DNA of 64,000 nucleotides from Neisseriales bacterium (GTDB lineage Bacteria; Pseudomonadota; Gammaproteobacteria; Burkholderiales; Q3-R57-64): NCBI GenBank assembly GCA_016699915.1, contig CP064990.1, positions 448,671 to 512,670 of the forward strand, read 5' to 3'. Shown piece by piece: positions 48,697 to 57,870 of this stretch (position 1 is its first letter; each line of letters starts with the position of its first letter). The notes under the pieces were generated by a model. It saw only the letters and a program-made list of their open reading frames with translations, ran no database searches and was not told where the DNA came from. The position numbers and the translations under genes were made by a program.

Positions 48697-51600
48697 GTGA
48701 TCCGTCATTTTACACGGAATTGCCTATTAGTTTGGTTATGCTTTGCTCAGCCAACGGTGGCGCTTAGCTCAGAATTGTCTTGGGTTGGTAATATTTCAGA
48801 GGGCGGCTGGGAGAATGAGATCGACTGGCGTGGTCGCCCTGAAGAGTTGACATCGCATCTTCGACTGCAAAGCACTTATCACTTCAGTACCGATAGCGAT
48901 GTTGAGTTGCGAGCCGGTGCTCAGTGGGTTGATGGCAAGATCTCGTTGGATGAGCTATCCATCGCAGCACATAACCAATTTGGACAGTTGCGTTATGGGC
49001 GACTTCCTTCATTACTTAGTGAACCAGTAGCGTATCAAACACCCACCCAACCAACCACCCAACGACGCACTGCGCCTTTTAACCGCGTGCCTATCTTCTT
49101 TGATACCCTTGAAAGTTTGTCTCACCAAACTATTGCTTATGATTCGCCCCAGTTTGGTGGCTTTCGAATTAGTTTAGCCAGTGGTCAGTCTGACCGATAT
49201 GACAAACCCTTTCGCCAACTTAATGGGAATCAAGCAGTAGTTGAAAGTGAGCGAAGTTTTACGATGGACTTCGTGAATAAACCACGCCAATTCGCGGTAA
49301 AAAGTGTACAAATTAGCTTTCAACCCAATGACCTTTTTTTGGCACGTTATACCCTAGCCCAATATGCCGATCATGTCCCGGTGTTCAAAGAGCGCTCCCA
49401 AACTATGCAGTGGGACAATGACCATACCACCACCATGAAACATGCTGGCGATGTTACTGGTTTTGAACCGGGCTGGATTCAACGCTACGAAGGGGGATTT
49501 TACCAACGTAACATAGCGTTGATGGCGAGTGCTCAGTTTGCTCATTTAAGTGGTTTGCCTTTTGATTTTGATTCGCCACACAGTGCGCCTTTTAACCAAA
49601 GCTATCATGATAGCCGACAAATTGGGCTTTCAGGGGCAATTCGACTGTCGCCACAAGTGACTATTCGTGCTGGCTACGTGACAGGTAAAAGTCATTGGGT
49701 CAACGGTTTGGCTCTATCGACTACCACATCATCGCAAACTTCAAGACGATTTCAAACCATTGATGCCTATCATCCCAATGAAACGGTCGTGATGGATCGA
49801 GGCACGGCTGAATTAGAAGCATTTGTCTGCGCGGAACTGAATCCTGATGGTACCTGTCAACGCTATTATGTACCACAAGACGCGAAAACCCTGGTGACTC
49901 AAATGCTAAGCGATGTTACTGCCGCCGTGGATAAAATTGAACGCTATTTCTTGCACATCGATTTGGCATCACCGACATTATTATTAGACCATCAAGCCGA
50001 AGTTTTAGGTTTGTTAGCCCAAAAAACCCGCACTATTCATTGTAGAAATGATTCAACGTTGGCAGCTTGCCAAACGGGTGTAAAAAATATTTTGCGTGCT
50101 GCTGCCGAGATCCACCATATCAAAACTGATTTTGATCAAGCTATGGATCGTTTAGAACGAGCTCATAACAAGATTCAACATATCTGGCATCAAGTGCAAC
50201 GAGCTATCCCACATCCTGAGACCGAAACAGACTATCTCAAAGAGCTGTATGAATTTGTTGAAAAAGCAGCGGCCTATAGCACTCAACAATTTGCTATGCT
50301 TCATACCTGGGAAGACACCATGGAGCAAGTTGCCCACTATGCAACCGACGAAGCGCAGTCGGTTGCATGTCATGTTCAAGAAGAAGACAGACAGTTTGAT
50401 CAAGACGTACAAGCTGTAGGGGTGGCCAATCGAACTGTCTGTACCAGAGCTCCAGTGCCTTGGGGAGACTATGTTTTTGATGGTGCTCAGGTGATTGATC
50501 CGACAAACCGCAAGTTGTGTGGGACATTTAATGACGACCGTACCTGCAAAACCTACATTACCCTAAAACAAGCGCTTGATGAACTGGATTCGCTAGGAGG
50601 GCACCCTCAAGGCTATTTACAACAGGCTGACCATACAGTGGGTAATATTGTTCAAACCACAGATAATATAACTGGGTATGCTTTGGATCAAGCCTATACA
50701 AACTATTTATACCTGCGAAATACTGATCAAAAAAAAGAAGCAGCACTTGCTATATGGAATGAAGCCTATGAACTAGTTGGGCATTTTCAAAATGTTCAAG
50801 ACTGGTTTACAAGCCTCCAAAGTGTGCAACAGCAAGCGGACTTACTATGGCAGCAAATACAAGCGTTAATTCCTGATCCCACGCAAGCTATACAATCCGA
50901 GCGAACGCACTATGATCGTGCTCAATCAGTGGTGCAAACGATTGCACGTTACGTCAATAGCGTATCGGGCAAGGGGTCATTTTTGAATGACGCTCGACAC
51001 CAGACTATTCCAGACGTTACTTTAATTGTTGGACAAGCCAAGGATTATGCATCCCGTGTGGGCTGTCTACTTAATGCGGAAGATTACTACGCCAAAGCGG
51101 ATAGGATGCGACTAGATATGGTTTGCCAGAACCATACTTTATTTCATTACTTAAGAGAAGCGAAAGAAACTTATGCGCGAGCCCTCCAAAAAAACCCTAA
51201 AGAGATGGATACTGATAGACCCAATCCTGTTTGGGAAAAGGAAGCGTGGCTGGCACTAAAAAACATCAAGGACAACCTGACCGGGCAGATCCAGACGGTA
51301 CAACTCGCGTCATCGTATTGCGCCATCAAACCTTCATCCATGGCATGTCAACAACAAGCTGCTAAAGTGGGCGTAGCACTCCAAGATGCTAACCGAGCTA
51401 GGCAAGAGCTAGATCGGGCCGATCGACGTTGGGCAAGCGTGAGCACAACCATTCATCGAGTCTTAGAGGAGGCCATCAGTGCTATACCCGATGCAGAGCG
51501 GGCGCCTCTCTATAATGAAGATACCTTGAACAAAATTGGAGCGTTTCATGATCAAGCATCCCAGTTTCAATTGCATGTACATGGTTTAAGGGATTCAGCG

Positions 51601-54600
51601 TATCAGGAGTTTAAACAGGCGGTGTGCTTACCTCAATCAGTGGATGTCCACCTTTCTCAGGAAGATCGTCAGCAGATAGCCACGATAAAAGAAGAGCTAA
51701 AATTAACCTGCTCTGAACACCTGAACGGATCAGTGGATTCTACTTTTCCAGATCAAGAAATCATCACTGGTGTGCATACTCCTAGTCATAGCGGCAAGCC
51801 TGGTGACTCAAACACTGGTCCAAGGCATCATCCAAAAATACAAAAAGCAAAAAGAGATGCTATGGAGAAATGGTCAACCTGTTACGCAAAAGACGGGAAG
51901 GCTGATAATAAAGAAAGAAAAGCCTATCAAGCAGATGATGAAGCGGATCATAGTGAAGCGGATATCAGCAATACTCGCCATCAGGGGAGCGAACCGACAT
52001 CTGAAGCGGTGAACAGGGCGGTGCTGAACCGTCAGCGTGCCGAAGCAGCCATTCAAGTAGCACGTCAAGCTAGAGAGAAAGCCAATGCAGACGCTGGGAT
52101 CGCAAAGGCAGCCGAAGCGATTTATCAACAAGCTTATATATCAGAACATGGTACTAATCCCTTACCATTAAGCAACGGCCAAGACTCGACTCCTCTTTAT
52201 ACCGATGAGGATTACGCCAGACCTAAGGCGCACTATTATGCAGATCCTAATCAACAAATACCGGGCTATGGCGACTGGATAAAAAAACCAGAGGATACTG
52301 GGCCTCCCAAAGAGCCTGATATCCACCCCATGAAGCGTCCACCGAAACCGTATCATCCTCCCAAACCAAATGATACAGAGGGTGGTTCCATATCCCGAAG
52401 TGATTATGATCCACAGCATCCTGAAGCTTTTCGTCAAGAACATGCCCAGCGCGTGCAGGCAGACCGGTTTAACACCAGTCGTCGGGTAACCAATTTGCCC
52501 GATTCGGATCCAACGATGAAGCAATGGATGCAATACCTGCAAGCGCATTTACAGCAAAGGAGTACTCCCATAACGGGGGTGTCACCAACTCTTAACCAAC
52601 AAGTTCACCGTGATTCAACTCCTCGTTTAGTGCGTCAGCAGCAGGTTGCGCCATCCACTAAACAGCAAGCGGTTCAACAACTCAAACAAGATATCAAACG
52701 CCTTGAAAAGCAACTTCGGTGGATTACGGTGTCTGGTCGCCCTCAAATTACTCGGGAGAGCTTAAAACAGGCCGCCATCCGCTTAGACAAGGACATCTTG
52801 GCAACTAAACAAGCCATCGGGCGCTCGCGCGATACACTCAATTTGCTATTTTTCAAAAAGAAACATATTCACTTAACGCATCGATCGGATCAACGCAGAG
52901 CGATTCAAAGCACGCAACGTGCTTATCTGAAAGCGCAAAGCATGATGAAAAAAGAGCAAGCCACGCTTCGTTTCTACCAACAACGCCAGGCACTATTAGC
53001 CAAATACCATCGCTTAAAGAATCGCTTGGCACAGGCTGATGAGCAGCTAGACTCTATGACGCAAAAAGGATCAAAACAAGCACCCAGAAATCGAGCAGAG
53101 TCAAAAGTGATGGGGGAGGGGGAAGTACGAACTACAGCACAAAAGGTCGCTTCACCCTCCAATACGGATCCTATAGAGGCAAAATTCAAGCAAGAACTTG
53201 CTGCCTTGATATCTCAGGTTGCTGAAACAGAATCCCTCTTCGAAGCCAAGCACCCAGTATTAGCAAAGCGTGATCAAGACAGCCAATCTTTCAATGCAAT
53301 CGATATGTTGGATAAAAACATTGCCGAATTAACCGAAGCAATCAGTCTGGCAGATCAACAAAAAAACAAAGCAGAAGTTCAACGACTCACCCAAGCAAGA
53401 ACTCATTACGAAAAACAAAAACAACAAGTGATGGCACGGCGACCAACCCAAGCTACCACTTATCAGAATCAACCCCGATCCAAACAAGAAGGTAAAGAGA
53501 TGGGTCTTGGGTGGGGCTTAAAAGGAGGCAATCCAGGTAAGAAGGAAATAGAACAGTCGCAAGACGAGTATGAGGAAGCCAAAGAACCACCGCCAACATT
53601 TTCATTCTCAGAAGCTGTCGGCGCCGCTGAAGAAGGATTAATGGACGAAGGAAAGATTGCCGATACGCAAAGACGAATGCCATACCTTGAAACTAGAAAG
53701 AGTCCTAATCAATCTCTTGAATGGAAAGCTGAAAAGAGGTTGCAGCAGGTCGATGCGCTCTCACAGGAAGTTACAGCTGTCTTAGGGCTCGCACAAAAAA
53801 GCAAAAAAGATTTGAAAGATTTGAGTAAAAAGGAGGATATGATCCTCCAAAAAATCTCAGATATAGAGAAGCATGATCAGGAGCGCAGAGCACGCAGAGG
53901 AACATCTAGGTTATTATCTTTGAGTGGTAGTGGCCAATCCGTTAGCCTTGCTGATCGTGTCTTATCGCAAGGAAGTGAAGATGATCCAGTAGATGAGTCG
54001 AATCCTTCGCCAGAAATGCCTGAAATAAGACAAAGCGCTACGGAGGAAGAACTAAAAGATGCTTTGGTAGACACCTTGGATCAGGTTTTGCGGTCCATCC
54101 AGAATATGGATGTTGAAATTGCACGACTCCAGAGCACTATGCCAAGTGACCCAATAGGGTCGGCAGAAGCTCAGAAAAAAATCGAAGAATTAGAACACAA
54201 GAAGATCGACATGGAGCAAGCCGCAAAAGATATACAGCTTCAACAGCGTATGCAAAAGCCTAGCGATCCCCCATCACCTCCAGATAGTCCCACCAGCCTT
54301 TCGCTCGGAAAAATGCGTTCAGAAATCCAAGAAACTGAAAGCCTCATGCGAAGCACGAGAGGCGCCAGCAAGGAAAAACAAGTATTATACTTTCATTCTG
54401 AGAAACCTGTTACTGGTCAGCCTTTAGAACAGGTGACTGGGTTGTTGAACACTTTGAGCGAGCGAAAGAGAGAAGAAGGGAAGAAGGTTCAAGAGCTCTC
54501 AAGGTTAGCTGAAGATGGACTAGCAGAGTATTATTTACAACATCAAAAAAAACTTAACGAACCTTTAGGTAGCGGGAAACCCACAGATAGGCAAAGTCCA

Positions 54601-56619
54601 ACTTTGTCAGATGAGCTAGATCAAGCACCACGGAAACCAACTCAATCGCACGAAAGGGACATGTCGCTTTCAAGCACACCATACTTTGATCGTGAGAAAC
54701 CTGTTACTGATCAGCCTTTAGAACAGGCAGCCAGCTTGTTGAACGCTTTGAACGATGAACAGAGAGAGCGTTTGGAGGCGTTTCAGCTGCTCTCAAAACG
54801 AGCTCGAGCTGCGGCTGACTCAGAATTAAAAAATGAATATCTCACACAAGAACAAAGTTTCAAGAGAAGCTTGGATGTATCCCAAGTACTCCTAAATCAA
54901 GAAAAAACCCTAACAAAATTTAACTTATCTTCGAGTGGTAGTGGCCAATCCTTTAGCTTTGCTGATCGTGCCTTATCGCAGAGAATCAAAGATGAGGAGC
55001 CAGAAGAGCCAAAGCCATCATCTCTATCCATAGCGGTGTATTCCACGCCATCTTCTCATCGTATGGTTAGTTATATTTCGGGTACCAGCCAATTGATTGG
55101 TCAATCAGGCGAGCAACGTGCAGTTTCATCAGATTCGTCAGATCAAACACCAAGCGCACCAAAGGATATACGGCAAGAAAAGCCGGAATTGCCTAGTACT
55201 GCTAAAAAAATGTCGTTAAGAGAAGAGCTAGAGCTAGCAGGCTTAGATACTGAAGCAAAAGAAGAAGGACTCCTTATAACGCCTACGCCAACAGTAAAGT
55301 CTCGTTTTAAATTTCCGTCAACAACACATGAGAGCTTGTCAGAAGAAGATGAGAGCGCACAAAACAGGAGACATGTTTTAAAGGCCGCACAAGCTACACC
55401 ACCTCCGAATCAAGTACAAGAAATTGATCAGTTGTTAGAAGATGACCAGCGTTCAATACAAAGAACCCAAACATCAAGACACATAACCCACAAAACATTT
55501 AGCAGCTTGGATAGTTTTTCGTTATCATCTGGCTTACCAGGAACGGAATTTAGCGTAAGCCCACTTGTAACTCAACGTAGCGATTTCTCCAACGAAGATA
55601 GATTGGAAAGCATTTTTGAAGTTGCATCATTCACATTGCCACCAAGCGGCGCAGGCGATTTGTCTGTCAAAGATCAAATAGAGAATCAAAACGAGTTGGT
55701 AGCAGCAACCGAGCTTTATCAAGAACTTCATAAAAAAAAATCACAGCTTGAAGATATCCTAGGTGCACTCAAAAAAGATTGGGAACAGAATCAGCGACAG
55801 ATTGAAGAATTAAGAAATGCACGTGAAATACTTCTGTCCGAGATGGGGAAAAATGTATCAACTACTCGGACAGTCTTAGAGGAAGCAGAAGTTGATATAC
55901 GTGATGCTGTAGAGAATTTAGAGGAAAGAGCAGGCGGCCGACTAAGACTTGCTCAAACCCAATTGGATGACATTAACAAACAGCAACGCGCCATTGAAAT
56001 AAATCTAGTCCAAACTGAAAAAGATGATATCGAGGCTGCGATAAAACACAGCCAAAACGTGCGAAAATTTGCATCTCGTTTAAATAAAGATTCAGTCGAC
56101 TTTGATAGCAGAGTAGCAAACTTATTAGTAGAGTTTGAGCATTTTAAAGAAACCGAAATGCATATGGCCAAACAAGACTTTCAAGCGAAAAAGGATGAAT
56201 TAGATAGGCATCTAGAGGAGGCAATATTGAGCGAATATTACTACCCAGCACAAGTGAAAAGAATAAAAGGTATGGTACAAGATATTCAAAGTGCCATGAA
56301 TAACCAACAATCTGTTATAGATAATAAAAGAGCAATATTGGGACTTACTAGACTACCCAGAGGCACAAGTTTCGGCAGTGACATTTCCTCTACATTATCT
56401 TTTCTAAAACCTAGTTTTATGGGCAGATTAACACCTATCCAAGATGAGAATACCTCATTTAACTCAAGATCGAGGACGTCATTTTTCAAAAGAGATAGCA
56501 CTAACAGGCGTCTTAATTATGAAGAAGAAGATGATGATATTCCGAGAAAATCAAGACCAAGACGAAAAATAAGCGATTTGGGGGGGGGGTTCTTACCAAC
56601 CATTCTCCCAGTTATCTGA
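48697..56619 (+). CDS. Giant secreted/outer-membrane-associated repeat protein, part 1 (signal peptide, porin-like N-domain, Cys-x8-Cys helical modules, coiled-coil/low-complexity)
   Basis: 2640-aa ORF with GTG start 10 nt after AGGA. Signal peptide MIRHFTRNCLLVWLCFAQPTVALS. Beta-strand-like N-domain with a porin-like AYDSPQFGGFRISLASG motif. The frame ends 28 nt after the G10 tract. No recognisable enzymatic motif. Confidence 0.8.
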   Translation: MIRHFTRNCLLVWLCFAQPTVALSSELSWVGNISEGGWENEIDWRGRPEELTSHLRLQSTYHFSTDSDVELRAGAQWVDGKISLDELSIAAHNQFGQLRYGRLPSLLSEPVAYQTPTQPTTQRRTAPFNRVPIFFDTLESLSHQTIAYDSPQFGGFRISLASGQSDRYDKPFRQLNGNQAVVESERSFTMDFVNKPRQFAVKSVQISFQPNDLFLARYTLAQYADHVPVFKERSQTMQWDNDHTTTMKHAGDVTGFEPGWIQRYEGGFYQRNIALMASAQFAHLSGLPFDFDSPHSAPFNQSYHDSRQIGLSGAIRLSPQVTIRAGYVTGKSHWVNGLALSTTTSSQTSRRFQTIDAYHPNETVVMDRGTAELEAFVCAELNPDGTCQRYYVPQDAKTLVTQMLSDVTAAVDKIERYFLHIDLASPTLLLDHQAEVLGLLAQKTRTIHCRNDSTLAACQTGVKNILRAAAEIHHIKTDFDQAMDRLERAHNKIQHIWHQVQRAIPHPETETDYLKELYEFVEKAAAYSTQQFAMLHTWEDTMEQVAHYATDEAQSVACHVQEEDRQFDQDVQAVGVANRTVCTRAPVPWGDYVFDGAQVIDPTNRKLCGTFNDDRTCKTYITLKQALDELDSLGGHPQGYLQQADHTVGNIVQTTDNITGYALDQAYTNYLYLRNTDQKKEAALAIWNEAYELVGHFQNVQDWFTSLQSVQQQADLLWQQIQALIPDPTQAIQSERTHYDRAQSVVQTIARYVNSVSGKGSFLNDARHQTIPDVTLIVGQAKDYASRVGCLLNAEDYYAKADRMRLDMVCQNHTLFHYLREAKETYARALQKNPKEMDTDRPNPVWEKEAWLALKNIKDNLTGQIQTVQLASSYCAIKPSSMACQQQAAKVGVALQDANRARQELDRADRRWASVSTTIHRVLEEAISAIPDAERAPLYNEDTLNKIGAFHDQASQFQLHVHGLRDSAYQEFKQAVCLPQSVDVHLSQEDRQQIATIKEELKLTCSEHLNGSVDSTFPDQEIITGVHTPSHSGKPGDSNTGPRHHPKIQKAKRDAMEKWSTCYAKDGKADNKERKAYQADDEADHSEADISNTRHQGSEPTSEAVNRAVLNRQRAEAAIQVARQAREKANADAGIAKAAEAIYQQAYISEHGTNPLPLSNGQDSTPLYTDEDYARPKAHYYADPNQQIPGYGDWIKKPEDTGPPKEPDIHPMKRPPKPYHPPKPNDTEGGSISRSDYDPQHPEAFRQEHAQRVQADRFNTSRRVTNLPDSDPTMKQWMQYLQAHLQQRSTPITGVSPTLNQQVHRDSTPRLVRQQQVAPSTKQQAVQQLKQDIKRLEKQLRWITVSGRPQITRESLKQAAIRLDKDILATKQAIGRSRDTLNLLFFKKKHIHLTHRSDQRRAIQSTQRAYLKAQSMMKKEQATLRFYQQRQALLAKYHRLKNRLAQADEQLDSMTQKGSKQAPRNRAESKVMGEGEVRTTAQKVASPSNTDPIEAKFKQELAALISQVAETESLFEAKHPVLAKRDQDSQSFNAIDMLDKNIAELTEAISLADQQKNKAEVQRLTQARTHYEKQKQQVMARRPTQATTYQNQPRSKQEGKEMGLGWGLKGGNPGKKEIEQSQDEYEEAKEPPPTFSFSEAVGAAEEGLMDEGKIADTQRRMPYLETRKSPNQSLEWKAEKRLQQVDALSQEVTAVLGLAQKSKKDLKDLSKKEDMILQKISDIEKHDQERRARRGTSRLLSLSGSGQSVSLADRVLSQGSEDDPVDESNPSPEMPEIRQSATEEELKDALVDTLDQVLRSIQNMDVEIARLQSTMPSDPIGSAEAQKKIEELEHKKIDMEQAAKDIQLQQRMQKPSDPPSPPDSPTSLSLGKMRSEIQETESLMRSTRGASKEKQVLYFHSEKPVTGQPLEQVTGLLNTLSERKREEGKKVQELSRLAEDGLAEYYLQHQKKLNEPLGSGKPTDRQSPTLSDELDQAPRKPTQSHERDMSLSSTPYFDREKPVTDQPLEQAASLLNALNDEQRERLEAFQLLSKRARAAADSELKNEYLTQEQSFKRSLDVSQVLLNQEKTLTKFNLSSSGSGQSFSFADRALSQRIKDEEPEEPKPSSLSIAVYSTPSSHRMVSYISGTSQLIGQSGEQRAVSSDSSDQTPSAPKDIRQEKPELPSTAKKMSLREELELAGLDTEAKEEGLLITPTPTVKSRFKFPSTTHESLSEEDESAQNRRHVLKAAQATPPPNQVQEIDQLLEDDQRSIQRTQTSRHITHKTFSSLDSFSLSSGLPGTEFSVSPLVTQRSDFSNEDRLESIFEVASFTLPPSGAGDLSVKDQIENQNELVAATELYQELHKKKSQLEDILGALKKDWEQNQRQIEELRNAREILLSEMGKNVSTTRTVLEEAEVDIRDAVENLEERAGGRLRLAQTQLDDINKQQRAIEINLVQTEKDDIEAAIKHSQNVRKFASRLNKDSVDFDSRVANLLVEFEHFKETEMHMAKQDFQAKKDELDRHLEEAILSEYYYPAQVKRIKGMVQDIQSAMNNQQSVIDNKRAILGLTRLPRGTSFGSDISSTLSFLKPSFMGRLTPIQDENTSFNSRSRTSFFKRDSTNRRLNYEEEDDDIPRKSRPRRKISDLGGGFLPTILPVI
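53914..54981 (+). repeat. Dispersed direct repeats within the giant ORF
   Basis: A roughly 57-nt segment (SGSGQS(V/F)S(L/F)ADR(V/A)LSQ) occurs at 53914-53970 and 54925-54981. A roughly 60-nt segment (EKPVT(G/D)QPLEQ..LLN.L) occurs at 54400-54460 and 54694-54755. Confidence 0.85.
56580..56589 (+). repeat. Homopolymeric G10 tract at the ORF1/ORF2 junction
   Basis: Counted directly: g at 56580 plus nine g at 56581-56589. A run this long is very unlikely by chance in sequence of about 40% GC. Confidence 0.95.
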
Positions 56620-56670
56620 ACATAACTCCGAATTATTACCCCAATCACCCAATCCAACCAACCCATCACC

Positions 56671-57870
56671 CAATACAGGAATCTTGAAATTCCATGTTGA
56701 TTTGCCTGAACGGTTTAACAAAGAAATTGAAACACGGCTCGCAAATTTAAAAAAAGACTTACTTGTAATAGATCAACAGACAGCAATAGTCCACGAGCTT
56801 GCTGAACAAAAAAGAACAATACAAAAATTTTTTGGGTCAGGTAACCTAAAGGAGCCAACTATAAATGAAGAAGCAAGATTGCTTACAGCACGTTATATTA
56901 AAGAACTTGAACAGCGCATTGTTGAGCTTGATACAGCAACAGAGAAAATAAATAAAGAGCTACGAGAAGTAAGTCTAACGGAAACAGTATCAAGAATATA
57001 CAAAAACGAACTACGCAAGATAAAAGAAGCAAAAATACAATTGACAAGCGCATTACAATCAGCATTAGAGCAGTTGAGCAAGTTACCCAGCATAACGGAT
57101 GAAAAATCGTTAAAACCCGATACACCATCAGCTAAAAAGACTGAAGAACCACAACCAACAAGCACTACTGTACCCGCAGAAAGAAATCCTACAGAAGAAG
57201 TAAAAGCAACACCGCAGTACGATGAGACACCCAGCATAATGGATGAAGAAGAACCGTTAACACCTTCATCCAATCAAGGAATCTTGGAATCCTATGTTGA
57301 TCTGCCTCTGCAGATTTCCTTGTTGGAAAGTATCCAACATCCTACCAAAGAAGATGTAGAACAGCTCGCAAACTTAAGAAAAGACTTACGAAATCAAATA
57401 GCTCAACAGATCGCAATAATCAGCAGACTTGAAAGTCAAAACAAGGCAATACATAACTCTTTAAAGTCAGGTCGCCTAACAATTGCTGAAGAGTCTAACG
57501 AAAAATACATTGATAAACTTACTCAACGTATTGATGAGTTTAATACAGTAATAGAGGAAATAAATGAAAGGTTAGCACGACAATCATTCCTAATAGACAG
57601 CGCGAAAACAGTATACGAAACCCAACTACGCAAGATGGAAGACGAAAAAAAACAATTGGAATCCGCCTTACAAGTAGCATTAGAACGGATACACAACAGC
57701 TCACTTACCGCAGCGGATGAAATATCAACAATACACAATACCCAACTACGCAAGATGGAAGACGAAAAAAAACAATTGGAATCCGCCTTACAAGTAGCAT
57801 TAGAAGTGACAGAAGAAAAGTCACCCAGCGAAATAAATGTACTTGGCAAAAAGATTGATGACATTAATAC
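56671..57870 (+). repeat. Diverged tandem duplication with a 600-nt period
   Basis: CAATACAGGAATCTTGAAATTCCATGTTGATTTGCCT (56671) versus CAATCAAGGAATCTTGGAATCCTATGTTGATCTGCCT (57271), followed by colinear protein similarity (LANLKKDL/LANLRKDL, ELEQRI/LTQRI, LRKIKEAK/LRKMEDEK, SALQSALE/SALQVALE). Confidence 0.8.

Noticed and set aside
55732-55740. A9 run inside giant ORF1 (plus A8 runs at 57644-57651 and 57764-57771) as additional slippage sites.
   Set aside because: They are in frame in the current sequence and sit in Lys-rich coding context. Poly-A runs of this length are common in AT-rich genomes. They do not coincide with ORF boundaries, unlike the G tracts.
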